Assembly: GCA_012960845.1 (NCBI GenBank) | Contig: DUAN01000189.1 | Coordinates: 2,942 to 66,941 of the forward strand | Length of the DNA: 64,000 bases | Source: Planctomycetota bacterium | Lineage (GTDB): Bacteria; Planctomycetota; UBA8108; UBA1146 | Direction: 5' to 3' | Part shown: one piece after another, positions 26,718 through 35,863 of the stretch | Layout: each line of letters begins with the position of its first letter | Position numbering within the stretch: position 1 is the stretch's first letter | Notes under the pieces: model-generated | The model's database searches: none | The model's input: only the letters and a program-made list of their open reading frames with translations | What the model was told of the DNA's origin: nothing | Position numbers and translations under genes: made by a program

Positions 26718-28333
26718 CCTCTCCCCCCGAATGGTGACTTGGTTCGTCGCCTGCCTGGTCCACGGCTACTCTTCTCAGGTAATTTCTCATCCGGAGATAC
26801 CAGGATGCTGAAGGGATAGGCTCCTGACTTCTGATCGTCCGGTGTCGAGCGAACCCTCTCAACACCAGATATCCCCTCGAGGTTTCTCTGCAAGGTCTCG
26901 ATCGCTTCGAGCCCATTGCGACGAGAGTTATCGGACTGGCCGATCAACTCGATCTCGATTCCTATTTTCGCATCACCTACCACCCGGCGAAGGCTGATCT
27001 GCTCCAGTGAAATTTCCGAAGGGAGATCCTGGCGAAGACCATCGAGGATTTTCGCATAAAACTTCCCCGTCTCGATCTCCTGGACGATCCTGGTCTCTCT
27101 CTTGCGAAACACGTCGTTTTTGGTTCGAGCGTCTTCCTCGGCATTACGCCAACTGGTGATATTTCCGCGCCATTTGCGAATCGTTTCCGAGGCACCCGAG
27201 GAACGTCCGGCAGATACCGACACGTCCATCACCTGCAATCCGACGGCAAGAATCAGCGCTGCTACACCTACCCATAGAAATCGTGTGTGATCGCGGAACG
27301 TCCTGCGCTCGCATTCGGCGCTGGGTAACAGATCGACGATCTGCTCCTCCGAATCGAGCGCTGCTGCTGCGGTTCCGACTACCAGGGTCCACTGTGGGCC
27401 ATCGGTTCCACTAAAGGAGACTTCCTCGATATCTTTACCGAGCAGATCTCGTAATTCAGCACCGCGACACACCAGTGCCGCTCCGATGCCCGATACCAGA
27501 ATTCGATCTGCCACGACATCGTCAATTTTCAACTGTGCCTGGCAGAAGGTGAGGGAAGAAGTGAGCATCTGTCCCAGTTGGCTGGTCCACCCTCGGTGGC
27601 AGCCAATCATCGCCTCTTCTCCGTCGAGCAGGTCACCCGACGAGAAGGCTTCGACCATCTTGCGCGCTTTCGACTCCGAGACCGAGAGGCGTTCAGAGAC
27701 CAGATCCACCATCCCATTCAGGCCAAATCCAACGGTGCGAGCAAACAACAACCGATTCTCGCGGACCACCAGTACCTGCGTTTCTGCCTCCTGAACGTCG
27801 CACACCAGTACCGTCTGATCGCCACTGTCAGGACCATGGCTGGCGAGGTGCCCATGATAGGCCCCGATTGCAGAAGGCAATGCCAGCTGCACCTGCCCCT
27901 TACTCTCGCGAATCTGATCGATGATGGGCTGGATCACTGCGTCTTTCCCGACCCCTAGCAACAACAATGTGTCCTCGGAAAGGCTTTCAGGGACCAGCAG
28001 TTCGATGTGCCCACCGGAGAGTGCGTCTCCAGTCTTTTCGGCGATCTCCTCGATCTCGTAATGAAGGATCAAATCGAGTCTCCAGGAGGGCACCGGAGGC
28101 ACACTGTGGTAACGCAGAGAAGAACTCTCGCCATCGAGAACCAGCGCGATGTTACCGGTTGGGAATCCCAACTTCGACAGTTCAGCGATCCATGCACCGA
28201 TACTCGACTCATCATCGGGTTTCAACTCGTGGACAGAAGCCACTTCAACGGTGTGACCGACCCCACGTACATGGGCCGCACGCCAGCGATTTTCCTTCAC
28301 CTCGAGTACGGCTACCTGCCCCTTGTAGGACAT
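26714..28333 (-). CDS. GspL-like protein: cytoplasmic actin-like (PilM-type) domain, one TM, periplasmic PilN-like domain
   Basis: N-terminal PilM/GspL-cyto-like region, TM helix FLWVGVAALILAVGLQVMDV, ~150-aa periplasmic tail. Confidence 0.6.
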   Translation of the reverse strand: MSYKGQVAVLEVKENRWRAAHVRGVGHTVEVASVHELKPDDESSIGAWIAELSKLGFPTGNIALVLDGESSSLRYHSVPPVPSWRLDLILHYEIEEIAEKTGDALSGGHIELLVPESLSEDTLLLLGVGKDAVIQPIIDQIRESKGQVQLALPSAIGAYHGHLASHGPDSGDQTVLVCDVQEAETQVLVVRENRLLFARTVGFGLNGMVDLVSERLSVSESKARKMVEAFSSGDLLDGEEAMIGCHRGWTSQLGQMLTSSLTFCQAQLKIDDVVADRILVSGIGAALVCRGAELRDLLGKDIEEVSFSGTDGPQWTLVVGTAAAALDSEEQIVDLLPSAECERRTFRDHTRFLWVGVAALILAVGLQVMDVSVSAGRSSGASETIRKWRGNITSWRNAEEDARTKNDVFRKRETRIVQEIETGKFYAKILDGLRQDLPSEISLEQISLRRVVGDAKIGIEIELIGQSDNSRRNGLEAIETLQRNLEGISGVERVRSTPDDQKSGAYPFSILVSPDEKLPEKSSRGPGRRRTKSPFGGRG

Positions 28334-30894
28334 CAGTTCCCCCTCGCATGGATGAGTTTCAATTCCTGAATCGCAACGGCCGCTCCCGGTGAGCCCGGAT
28401 ACTGATTCAGCAACGATTGAAAGTAGAATCGTGCGATCTCGAATCTGTTTTTACCGAGCGCCTCGTGAGCACGAGCCAGCAACAGTTCCACCTTACCGAC
28501 GGTCAAGAGTTGCTCTGCATTTGTGTTTTCACTCTTGCGCTGATCGATGATTTCCTGCGCCCTCGTGGCCGGATCCAGTCCCCCGAATCTAGCCATCGAT
28601 TCGCGGCAGATCCTTTCGAGATAGGTACCGGTAGGTGACCCTGGAAACTTCGATGAATCCTCAAGGACGGCTGCGATCTGCCCGAGCGCAGCACTGACCT
28701 CGACATCGATGTGGTGCTCGAACTGATCCAGTTTTCGGGCCACGTCGGCTCGCCAGGGGAAATCTGCTCGAGCCTTCTGGATCAATCGAGCCGCATCCCC
28801 CTCGGCCCTGGCATCGATGGCGCGTTCCACCTCGGCGAGAGCCTCCAGCACTCGGGATTGCTCGCGCTCACTACTGGCGGTGAATGAAACATCGAGCGCG
28901 CCTCCGGCGATGATAATTCCTGCGTCCGCCATCCACAGCGTGCCTCGCCCGTCATGGTCAGGGAATACCGAAAACGTCATCGGCTGTTGAAATGTCGCCA
29001 CCATCTGGTCCTTGCCGATTCCGATCGAGATCTCGGTGCCGGAACAGGGCTGCAGATCGGTCCAGCGATCCGCCGAGATGACCAGTTTATTGCCGACAAA
29101 GACCTGCACAGGAGAAGAACCCCTTCGGCGAGGAATCCTCCCGACCAGGATCAATGGAGTGGGGCGTTGCGGAGTCCAACTGGCTGCAATCTTCCAGCCG
29201 ATGGAGCGAGCGAACTGCTGAATCGCCACCTTTCCTTGCCCTAGTTCATCCAGTTCGAAACCGAGTCGAACCGATCCGTCATCCCCGGTGACCACTTGCT
29301 CTCGCCGAACCGGCAGTAACTGCCCCCATGGCATCGCTCTGGGAGGTCCGACCGCCACTCGAAGGTCCGAGATCAATTCCTGCCGTCCCCGCATCAACTT
29401 GCCAACGCCGTAGGCATCGATGGCCAGATCCATCTTCTGTTCATCATCACCTGCGGAAATGACGACCGCTGGATCTCTCCCAGTCTCGACCGCTCTGACC
29501 ACCAACTGGTCGAGCAATAGTTGACCGCTTCCTTGCCCCAGTGCCACCAGCGAGACTCTTGCAGACCCTCCATTTCCCTTCACCGGAGGTGCAAACTCTG
29601 CAGCATGCCCACTCCAGTTCGAGGACGACTTCAAGGAAGAAAACTGTTCGTCAATTATTCGGTCACCTTGATCGCTCGACTCGATCCAACGAACGCAGAA
29701 TCCGATCCGATCGAAACCGACCTTTTGAAGACGAGCACTGAGCCGTAAACCATGACCCTGATCGACCTCGAAGATGGTGTCATACTCGAGGCGGAAAATC
29801 CCCAGTGCATCGGCTTCTCCGCTGCACAAGAGCCACTGCTTCCCCTGTGGAGCCTGGTCGCCTCGTTGAACATCGAGGGTTCCCTCGCCGCTGGCGAGTC
29901 GCCATGGTCCATCGAGTATCGGGCCGATGGGCACCTGTTCGAAATGTCCAGCTCCGGAAAGCCGATCACCCCGGGGGACCACCAGGTCAGGATTACTTGC
30001 GAGATCCTCAATCCACCCGTAGCCAGAGTAGAGCACCACACCCAGTACCAGGATGAAGGAGATGGTGAAGAGCCCCTGAGATCCCTGTGAACCAACATCG
30101 ACCCGGGTACTACGCCCCACTGTCATCTCGGCGGTAGGATTGGCCGCCGACCGGGTCGTCATACGAATGGCTGCTCGCCCATCTCCAGCTGATTTCGACC
30201 GACCGGGAAATCCCATCGCGGTGAACTTCGTCATGCCGATGCGGAATTGAACCCCATCTCTCAGTTCCAGTTTCTTGACCTTCTGTTGCCCCACCACGAT
30301 TCCATTTCCGGAGCCGAGGTCGGACATGTACCACTCACCATCTTGCTCGAGCAGGACGGCGTGCTTGGAAGATATTCTATTGTCCTCGATGGTCACGTCG
30401 GCCTCTTCGGCGCGCCCGATAACCACTCGCCCAACCGCTGGGATCCAGTGATCGATACCGCCATGCTGATAGGCCAGGCAAGGACCGGTGGGTGCAGTTG
30501 TGACAGAAGTTGCTGTGGAAGATGTGGCCGGTGCAGAAGCAGGTGCTGCGATCGGCGTTCGATCGGTATCATCCTCGAGTAGAGCCCCGTCTGTCAATTC
30601 TAGCAGCAACTCCGCATCCCCGATGCAGATGCAATCGCCATGAGAGAGGGTCACCTGGTCGACCTTTTGCCCGTGCAGGAGACTTCCATTGGAGGAAGAG
30701 AGATCCTGATAGATGAAAGCATCCCCCTCCCAGCGAAAAACTCCATGCTTTCTAGAAGCGGCTCGATCCTCGATCACGATGCGAGACCCGGGGTCCCTGC
30801 CGATTGTGATCGGTTCCTGAGAGATGTTGACGATGGTCTTGCGACCGATGTCCTTCACGCGAATCCTGCCACTCATGCTAGTGCTCCCCATCAT
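28333..30894 (-). CDS. membrane protein with two N-terminal cytoplasmic FHA domains, one TM helix, large periplasmic domain and C-terminal TPR-like helical region
   Basis: FHA1 ITIGRDPGSRIVIEDRAASRKHGVF...SSNGSLLHGQKV, FHA2 VVIGRAEEADVTIEDNRISSKHAVL...GSGNGIVVGQQKV, TM LFTISFILVLGVVLYSGYGWI; no P-loop. Confidence 0.75.
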   Translation of the reverse strand: MMGSTSMSGRIRVKDIGRKTIVNISQEPITIGRDPGSRIVIEDRAASRKHGVFRWEGDAFIYQDLSSSNGSLLHGQKVDQVTLSHGDCICIGDAELLLELTDGALLEDDTDRTPIAAPASAPATSSTATSVTTAPTGPCLAYQHGGIDHWIPAVGRVVIGRAEEADVTIEDNRISSKHAVLLEQDGEWYMSDLGSGNGIVVGQQKVKKLELRDGVQFRIGMTKFTAMGFPGRSKSAGDGRAAIRMTTRSAANPTAEMTVGRSTRVDVGSQGSQGLFTISFILVLGVVLYSGYGWIEDLASNPDLVVPRGDRLSGAGHFEQVPIGPILDGPWRLASGEGTLDVQRGDQAPQGKQWLLCSGEADALGIFRLEYDTIFEVDQGHGLRLSARLQKVGFDRIGFCVRWIESSDQGDRIIDEQFSSLKSSSNWSGHAAEFAPPVKGNGGSARVSLVALGQGSGQLLLDQLVVRAVETGRDPAVVISAGDDEQKMDLAIDAYGVGKLMRGRQELISDLRVAVGPPRAMPWGQLLPVRREQVVTGDDGSVRLGFELDELGQGKVAIQQFARSIGWKIAASWTPQRPTPLILVGRIPRRRGSSPVQVFVGNKLVISADRWTDLQPCSGTEISIGIGKDQMVATFQQPMTFSVFPDHDGRGTLWMADAGIIIAGGALDVSFTASSEREQSRVLEALAEVERAIDARAEGDAARLIQKARADFPWRADVARKLDQFEHHIDVEVSAALGQIAAVLEDSSKFPGSPTGTYLERICRESMARFGGLDPATRAQEIIDQRKSENTNAEQLLTVGKVELLLARAHEALGKNRFEIARFYFQSLLNQYPGSPGAAVAIQELKLIHARGN

Positions 30895-32971
30895 TCCCTG
30901 AATTACGCTTCAAACGATACTTCTCGATCTTCTGATCCAGTGTCGGTCTTGAGACTCCCAGTTGTCGGGCGGTCTTGCTCTTGTTCCAGGAGTTCTCCTC
31001 GAGGATGGCAGCGATCACCTGACGCTCCAGGCCCTCGGTCGCTTCTGCCACCAGTTCCCGCAGGGTGCCGCGCATCGGTTCACGATTTTCAGATCCCGCC
31101 TTGGGACCATGCGACAGCACCGATGGGGAGATCGTCTCGGGGACGATGACGTCTTCGGAGAGCGCCACCAGGCGCTCGATCTCATTCTCCAGCTGACGAA
31201 CATTGCCAGGCCAGGGACTGTGATAGAGTGCATATAGAGTTCTCGGATCCATCTTGGGTCGATCTCGATCATGGCGGGAACAGACCTCATCGATGAAGTG
31301 GTCCACCAGCAGTGGAATGTCCTCTCGTCGTTCTCGAAGAGCGGGCAACTGGACCGTCAGAACATTCAATCGATAGTAAAGGTCTTCGCGAAAATTACCG
31401 TTTCGAACCATCTCTTCGAGCTTTTGATTGGTGGCGGATAGGATCCGAACTTCCACGCGAATCGTATCCCGAGATCCGACCGGTCGAATTTCACCATCTT
31501 CGAGAACCCGCAGTAATTTCGCCTGTAGTTCCTTACTCATGTCGCCGATCTCATCGAGGAACAGGGTGCCTCCATCGGCCAGTTCGAAGAGCCCCTTCTT
31601 GTCGCGATGGGCGCCAGTGAAGGCACCCTTCACATGACCGAAGAACTCACTCTCCAGCAAATTCTCAGGAATCGCTGCGCAGTTCTGCGAGACGAAGGGC
31701 TGGTCCTTGCGGTTCGATCCAACGTGAACCGCCTGTGCCACCAGTTCCTTGCCGGTTCCGCTCTCTCCGAGGATCAGCACCGGCATGTCGGTATTGATCA
31801 CGCGATCGAGCAGTTCGAAGACTCGAATCATGATCGGCGAGCGGGTCACGATTCGATCAAAGGAGTGCTTCAGATCGGGTCTGGCCCCTCGTTTGAGTAA
31901 CTCCCGAACATCCTCGGGTTCTACATCTCGAGCAATCAGCATCGCCTGAAATTCTCGGTTCAGCGCCTCGACCTGGTCCTTGGAAGACTGGATCGCTTCC
32001 TGTTTGCGATGCAGTTCCTCGAACAAACGGGCATTCTCGATGTAGATCGCTGCCTGATCCGCGAGGAACTGGACGAAACGGAGAGTCCCCTTATGGAATG
32101 AGTGCTTTTCAAATCGATTATCGACATAGGCGGCACCCAGTATCTTGCCACGCAATCGAAGGGGCACACACAGGACCGACTCCAGCCGCAAGTTTGCGAT
32201 GGAGGCCGATTCATGGAAGCGAGGATCACTTCGTGCATCTCCGGTCAATACCGGCTCACCCGAATCGATGACTCTCCGAGTGAGTGACTGGCTGACCTGT
32301 AGGTGAGCCCTTCGAACCACATCTCGGTCGATGTTTCGGGATGAAGCCACCCGCAGTTCCCCATCCTCCTCGATGATCAAGAATCCCCGCTCCGCTCCAG
32401 AAATCTCGATGATATTCTGAAGGATCACCTCGAACAGTTCTTCCGTCACGAGGATGGCACCGAGGTCCCTGGTCAACTGGAGCAAGCGGAGAAAGATCTC
32501 TCTTTCCTTCTGGAAGCGAATCGGATCCTCGGTGGTGGCCTCTTCTGCGATCGGTTCAAGAAAGTACTCGGTACTGAGAACCAGGGTTTCGCCGGCAGGA
32601 GCATTTTCACGATGCATTTCAGGAATCTCGCCGAAGAAGATCTGAGTCTTGCCGATCTCGATCAGATCCCCGACCATCAAGGGCTGACGCCGAATCAGGA
32701 TCCCGTTGACGAGAGTGCCATTGCGACTTCGCAGGTCCTCGATGTGCCAGCGCCCCTGGATCCTGTTCAACTGACAATGCTCACGGGATGACGAGATGTC
32801 GCCGACCTCGACATCGTTCTCTCGTGAGCGACCGATGGCGATCGATTCTGCATCCAACCGGACACGGCGCTCCCCCGCCATATCACGAATGATCAGCTCA
32901 GCAGGGCTCGCCGCGTGGTTCGGCTGCCCTCCATGTCGTGCTCGTTCAGGCACGTCCAATGTGGTCTCCAT
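30878..32971 (-). CDS. sigma-54-dependent transcriptional activator with N-terminal FHA and GAF domains (FHA-GAF-AAA+-HTH)
   Basis: FHA IAIGRSRENDVEVGDISSSREHCQL...SRNGTLVNG; GAF; sigma-54 activator motifs VLILGESGTGKELVAQAVH, ESEFFGHVKGAFTGA; C-terminal Fis-type HTH. Confidence 0.85.
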   Translation of the reverse strand: METTLDVPERARHGGQPNHAASPAELIIRDMAGERRVRLDAESIAIGRSRENDVEVGDISSSREHCQLNRIQGRWHIEDLRSRNGTLVNGILIRRQPLMVGDLIEIGKTQIFFGEIPEMHRENAPAGETLVLSTEYFLEPIAEEATTEDPIRFQKEREIFLRLLQLTRDLGAILVTEELFEVILQNIIEISGAERGFLIIEEDGELRVASSRNIDRDVVRRAHLQVSQSLTRRVIDSGEPVLTGDARSDPRFHESASIANLRLESVLCVPLRLRGKILGAAYVDNRFEKHSFHKGTLRFVQFLADQAAIYIENARLFEELHRKQEAIQSSKDQVEALNREFQAMLIARDVEPEDVRELLKRGARPDLKHSFDRIVTRSPIMIRVFELLDRVINTDMPVLILGESGTGKELVAQAVHVGSNRKDQPFVSQNCAAIPENLLESEFFGHVKGAFTGAHRDKKGLFELADGGTLFLDEIGDMSKELQAKLLRVLEDGEIRPVGSRDTIRVEVRILSATNQKLEEMVRNGNFREDLYYRLNVLTVQLPALRERREDIPLLVDHFIDEVCSRHDRDRPKMDPRTLYALYHSPWPGNVRQLENEIERLVALSEDVIVPETISPSVLSHGPKAGSENREPMRGTLRELVAEATEGLERQVIAAILEENSWNKSKTARQLGVSRPTLDQKIEKYRLKRNSGNDGEH

Positions 32972-33057
32972 CTTTGGGCTAGGAGTGGCTTCCTGGGACT
33001 CCTGGATGGTCTCACGCAGGAGCCAGATGTAAAGAAGATTTTACAGGGGGGTGTCGG

Positions 33058-34530
33058 TTATTTAGAGGGGGCCAAAGTGCCCCCCATGGCCTTTTGAAGC
33101 AGGAGTAGCGATCGGTCCTGCCAATCGCGAGCACGAGACGTATAGCCATTTCGACCCTGGTAGATCAAGCAGAAGGGGCTCGAAACTCCCTTCCACTCGA
33201 CCACCCCCGCCAACGAACTGACCCCCCGGATGGTGCCGGTCTTGGCTCGCACCTTGCCCGACAGTGGCGAAGATCGAAAGCGTCGAGCGAGGGTTCCATC
33301 GACTGCACCGACCGACAATCCATCGAGCAATACGGCGCCCCAGCGGCTCACCAATACTCTTTCCAGCAGTTTTCTCAGCACTCTAGCATCGAGCAGATTC
33401 CGACGGGATAGCCCCGAACCATCTCGGATCACCACACCCTCCTGGGCGGAACAGTTCTTCACCAGCCAGGACTTCAATACGGGAGACATCGACGCAAATG
33501 AACCATCTCCACCACTCTCTCGTCCGAGCACTCGCGCCAGCGCATCTGCGTAGAGATTCTGACTTTGCTTGAGCATCACCGGCAGCCGGGATGAAAGTGT
33601 GTGCTGGATCGTGGCCACCGACGTGGCCTTCGCCGCCGGAGTCAGTTTCTTACCCGAGACCTCAATTCCTGAATCCTCGATCATCTTCAAGAGAACGCTG
33701 ACAAATCCATCGGCAGGATCTGGAACCGTGATCCACTCGGTCCGCTCACCGGAAGTGGCTAGAAATTTTCCTGAAACTGTCACCTCCCAGCCTCTTTGCG
33801 AGCGAGCAATGTGATAGAGATGATCTTTCTTCTTGCTGGTCGAAACCAACCGGTTGCGCAGCGAAAGAAGTGGATGCTCAGGTTTGAGTTGAACCGAGAC
33901 CTGGCCCTCGACCACCGGACCGATCACAACATCGATGCAGTTATCATTGAGGTTCAAGGCCCCCGAAGGAGCGCAATACCATCGGGTCAACTGATCGACG
34001 GGCCAATCCGGATGAACTCCTGATCCGCTGAGGTAACGAACATCGGCGAGCACCCGCCCCTCGATTCGTTCGATGCCCAGCCCCTTCAACTGGGTGATCC
34101 ACGGACGCAGTTCCCACAACAAGTCGTCCTTATTTTCGCGACCACAGATGGCGGGATCCCCACCTCCGATCACCAGTAGATCGCCCTTTAGCAGCCCATC
34201 CTCGATCTCCCCGAGACGCAGCAATTCGGTCTTCAAGGAGTGATCAGGGCCGAGTTGAGCCAGTGCCGCCGCCGCCACCACCAGTTTCATACAGGACGCC
34301 GGAGCACGCAGTTGGCTGCCACGGTGCTCGATCACCTCTCCCGTCGGGAGTCGTATCGAGAAGGAGATTTCAGATTCCTTCAGACCCAGTTTCTTGGCCT
34401 GCGCCACGATAGAATCGCCCAGCCCAGACACCGCCAGCAATGGTGGTGTGATCCACAACAGCAGCAGGCAGAGCAACAGAGAAGGCACGGCTCGATACGA
34501 GTGGACAGTTAGTTTTTTTGATCTTTGCAT
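33058..34530 (-). CDS. dacB: D-alanyl-D-alanine carboxypeptidase/endopeptidase, PBP4 family (peptidase S13); start at MQRSKK signal peptide
   Basis: SxxK active-site motif ASCMK, PBP4-like three-domain pattern, signal peptide AVPSLLLCLLLLWITPPLLA. Confidence 0.75.
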   Translation of the reverse strand: MQRSKKLTVHSYRAVPSLLLCLLLLWITPPLLAVSGLGDSIVAQAKKLGLKESEISFSIRLPTGEVIEHRGSQLRAPASCMKLVVAAAALAQLGPDHSLKTELLRLGEIEDGLLKGDLLVIGGGDPAICGRENKDDLLWELRPWITQLKGLGIERIEGRVLADVRYLSGSGVHPDWPVDQLTRWYCAPSGALNLNDNCIDVVIGPVVEGQVSVQLKPEHPLLSLRNRLVSTSKKKDHLYHIARSQRGWEVTVSGKFLATSGERTEWITVPDPADGFVSVLLKMIEDSGIEVSGKKLTPAAKATSVATIQHTLSSRLPVMLKQSQNLYADALARVLGRESGGDGSFASMSPVLKSWLVKNCSAQEGVVIRDGSGLSRRNLLDARVLRKLLERVLVSRWGAVLLDGLSVGAVDGTLARRFRSSPLSGKVRAKTGTIRGVSSLAGVVEWKGVSSPFCLIYQGRNGYTSRARDWQDRSLLLLQKAMGGTLAPSK

Positions 34531-34630
34531 CCAGAATCCTCCTGGCCTCCGCAAGCCTAGACCCGGAAGCTCGAAATCACAAGGCTGACTGGACGCATAT
34601 CTACGACTAGGATCGAGCAGGAGAATCATC

Positions 34631-35857
34631 ATGACGCAACAAGGTCCTCGCAAGAAGCCCAGATCCCGCGCCGCAGAATCGATTCATCGAAGGATTCGAG
34701 GCGTGGTGAAGTCGCTCCTCAGTAATAATGATGGAGAATCACTCACTGGCCTTCCAGACCACATCGAATTAAAGATCAGGATCCCCATCCATCTGCGGGA
34801 GAATGATCATCGAGATTCGGTTCTGTTCGCAGACTCGCTCCTTGCGCAGATCGAAACTCTACGAATCCAGGGAGAAACTGAATCTCTCGGCCATCGCTCA
34901 GGCCATGCGCCATGCTACTGGTGTCAAGCTCCGGTCTGCCAGCATTCACACCCTCCCGATTCTCGATCCGTGCTGGCCGGTTGGTCCGCCACTGGGATTC
35001 CGATCTGGCGAGAACTGGCTTCCCTCTTCATCGAGAGCGGGGATCCCCAGATTGACCTGCTCTATGGAGAGCATCCGGGTCCGGCAGTCTGCTGGAGAGG
35101 AGAGGGAGAGTTACTCGATGAAATCCTTCCGGAATATCTAGACGACTCGCTGTTTGCTCGACCGGTGGGTGCGTTACTGGCAGGTGGTTTTTCGATAAAG
35201 GATCTCCCTGGCGATACTCTCAGCATCACGGCATTGATCCTGGAATCGCGAGCCGGAAGAGTAGTACCGAGGTACTCCCTCAATCTGCTCTGTGAAGTTC
35301 CGGCACCGCATCACATCGCCACCATCACTGCGGATTACTCGCGATCCTTACTGGCGGGTTGGATTGGAGCCTTGCGCTCCTCCCTGCACCAATTTCAGGA
35401 GCAACTGATCATCGAAGCATCCCGCGGCAAACGTTCCTCACTGAAGAGTACTCGCGAAAAAGTCGTCGACCTGCTGATCGAATCCAGATCCCAGTTGGAA
35501 ACGTTGCGACGGCGCGATGATCGAAGAACACAGCATGCCCAGAAACGCTCGGAGGACCCCCATCGCCCTACATCGGCAGCACTGGGAGATCTTCTCGCCA
35601 GCGACGGATCGGACCTGTTCGAGGATCGCAAGGAATCGACCGTGGTGCTTCGTGGTCCGCAAGGAAGAATCCATATCTTCACCTTCACGGGAAGACACAT
35701 CACCAGCGCGATCTACAGTACCGATTCGATTCAATCAAGAATCGCTCGTACACGCTGGGTTCCGATGAATAAAGAGAGAGCTCGTGCCTTGGTCGAGCGG
35801 GTACGACGATCGATCGAACCGGGAAACCCCGGGCTTTCACAGGGGGGCGCATCATGA
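34631..35857 (+). CDS. hypothetical protein
   Basis: 408-aa ORF with GGAG RBS, coding-like composition; no recognisable domain. Confidence 0.4.
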   Translation: MTQQGPRKKPRSRAAESIHRRIRGVVKSLLSNNDGESLTGLPDHIELKIRIPIHLRENDHRDSVLFADSLLAQIETLRIQGETESLGHRSGHAPCYWCQAPVCQHSHPPDSRSVLAGWSATGIPIWRELASLFIESGDPQIDLLYGEHPGPAVCWRGEGELLDEILPEYLDDSLFARPVGALLAGGFSIKDLPGDTLSITALILESRAGRVVPRYSLNLLCEVPAPHHIATITADYSRSLLAGWIGALRSSLHQFQEQLIIEASRGKRSSLKSTREKVVDLLIESRSQLETLRRRDDRRTQHAQKRSEDPHRPTSAALGDLLASDGSDLFEDRKESTVVLRGPQGRIHIFTFTGRHITSAIYSTDSIQSRIARTRWVPMNKERARALVERVRRSIEPGNPGLSQGGAS

Positions 35858-35863
35858 GTATCT

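Noticed and set aside
33061-33095. GGGGGC-ACTTTG-GCCCCC hairpin as terminator of dacB
   Set aside because: It lies inside the last codons of dacB rather than downstream; more likely coincidental GC-rich palindrome or part of the upstream-region structure for the sigma-54 activator gene
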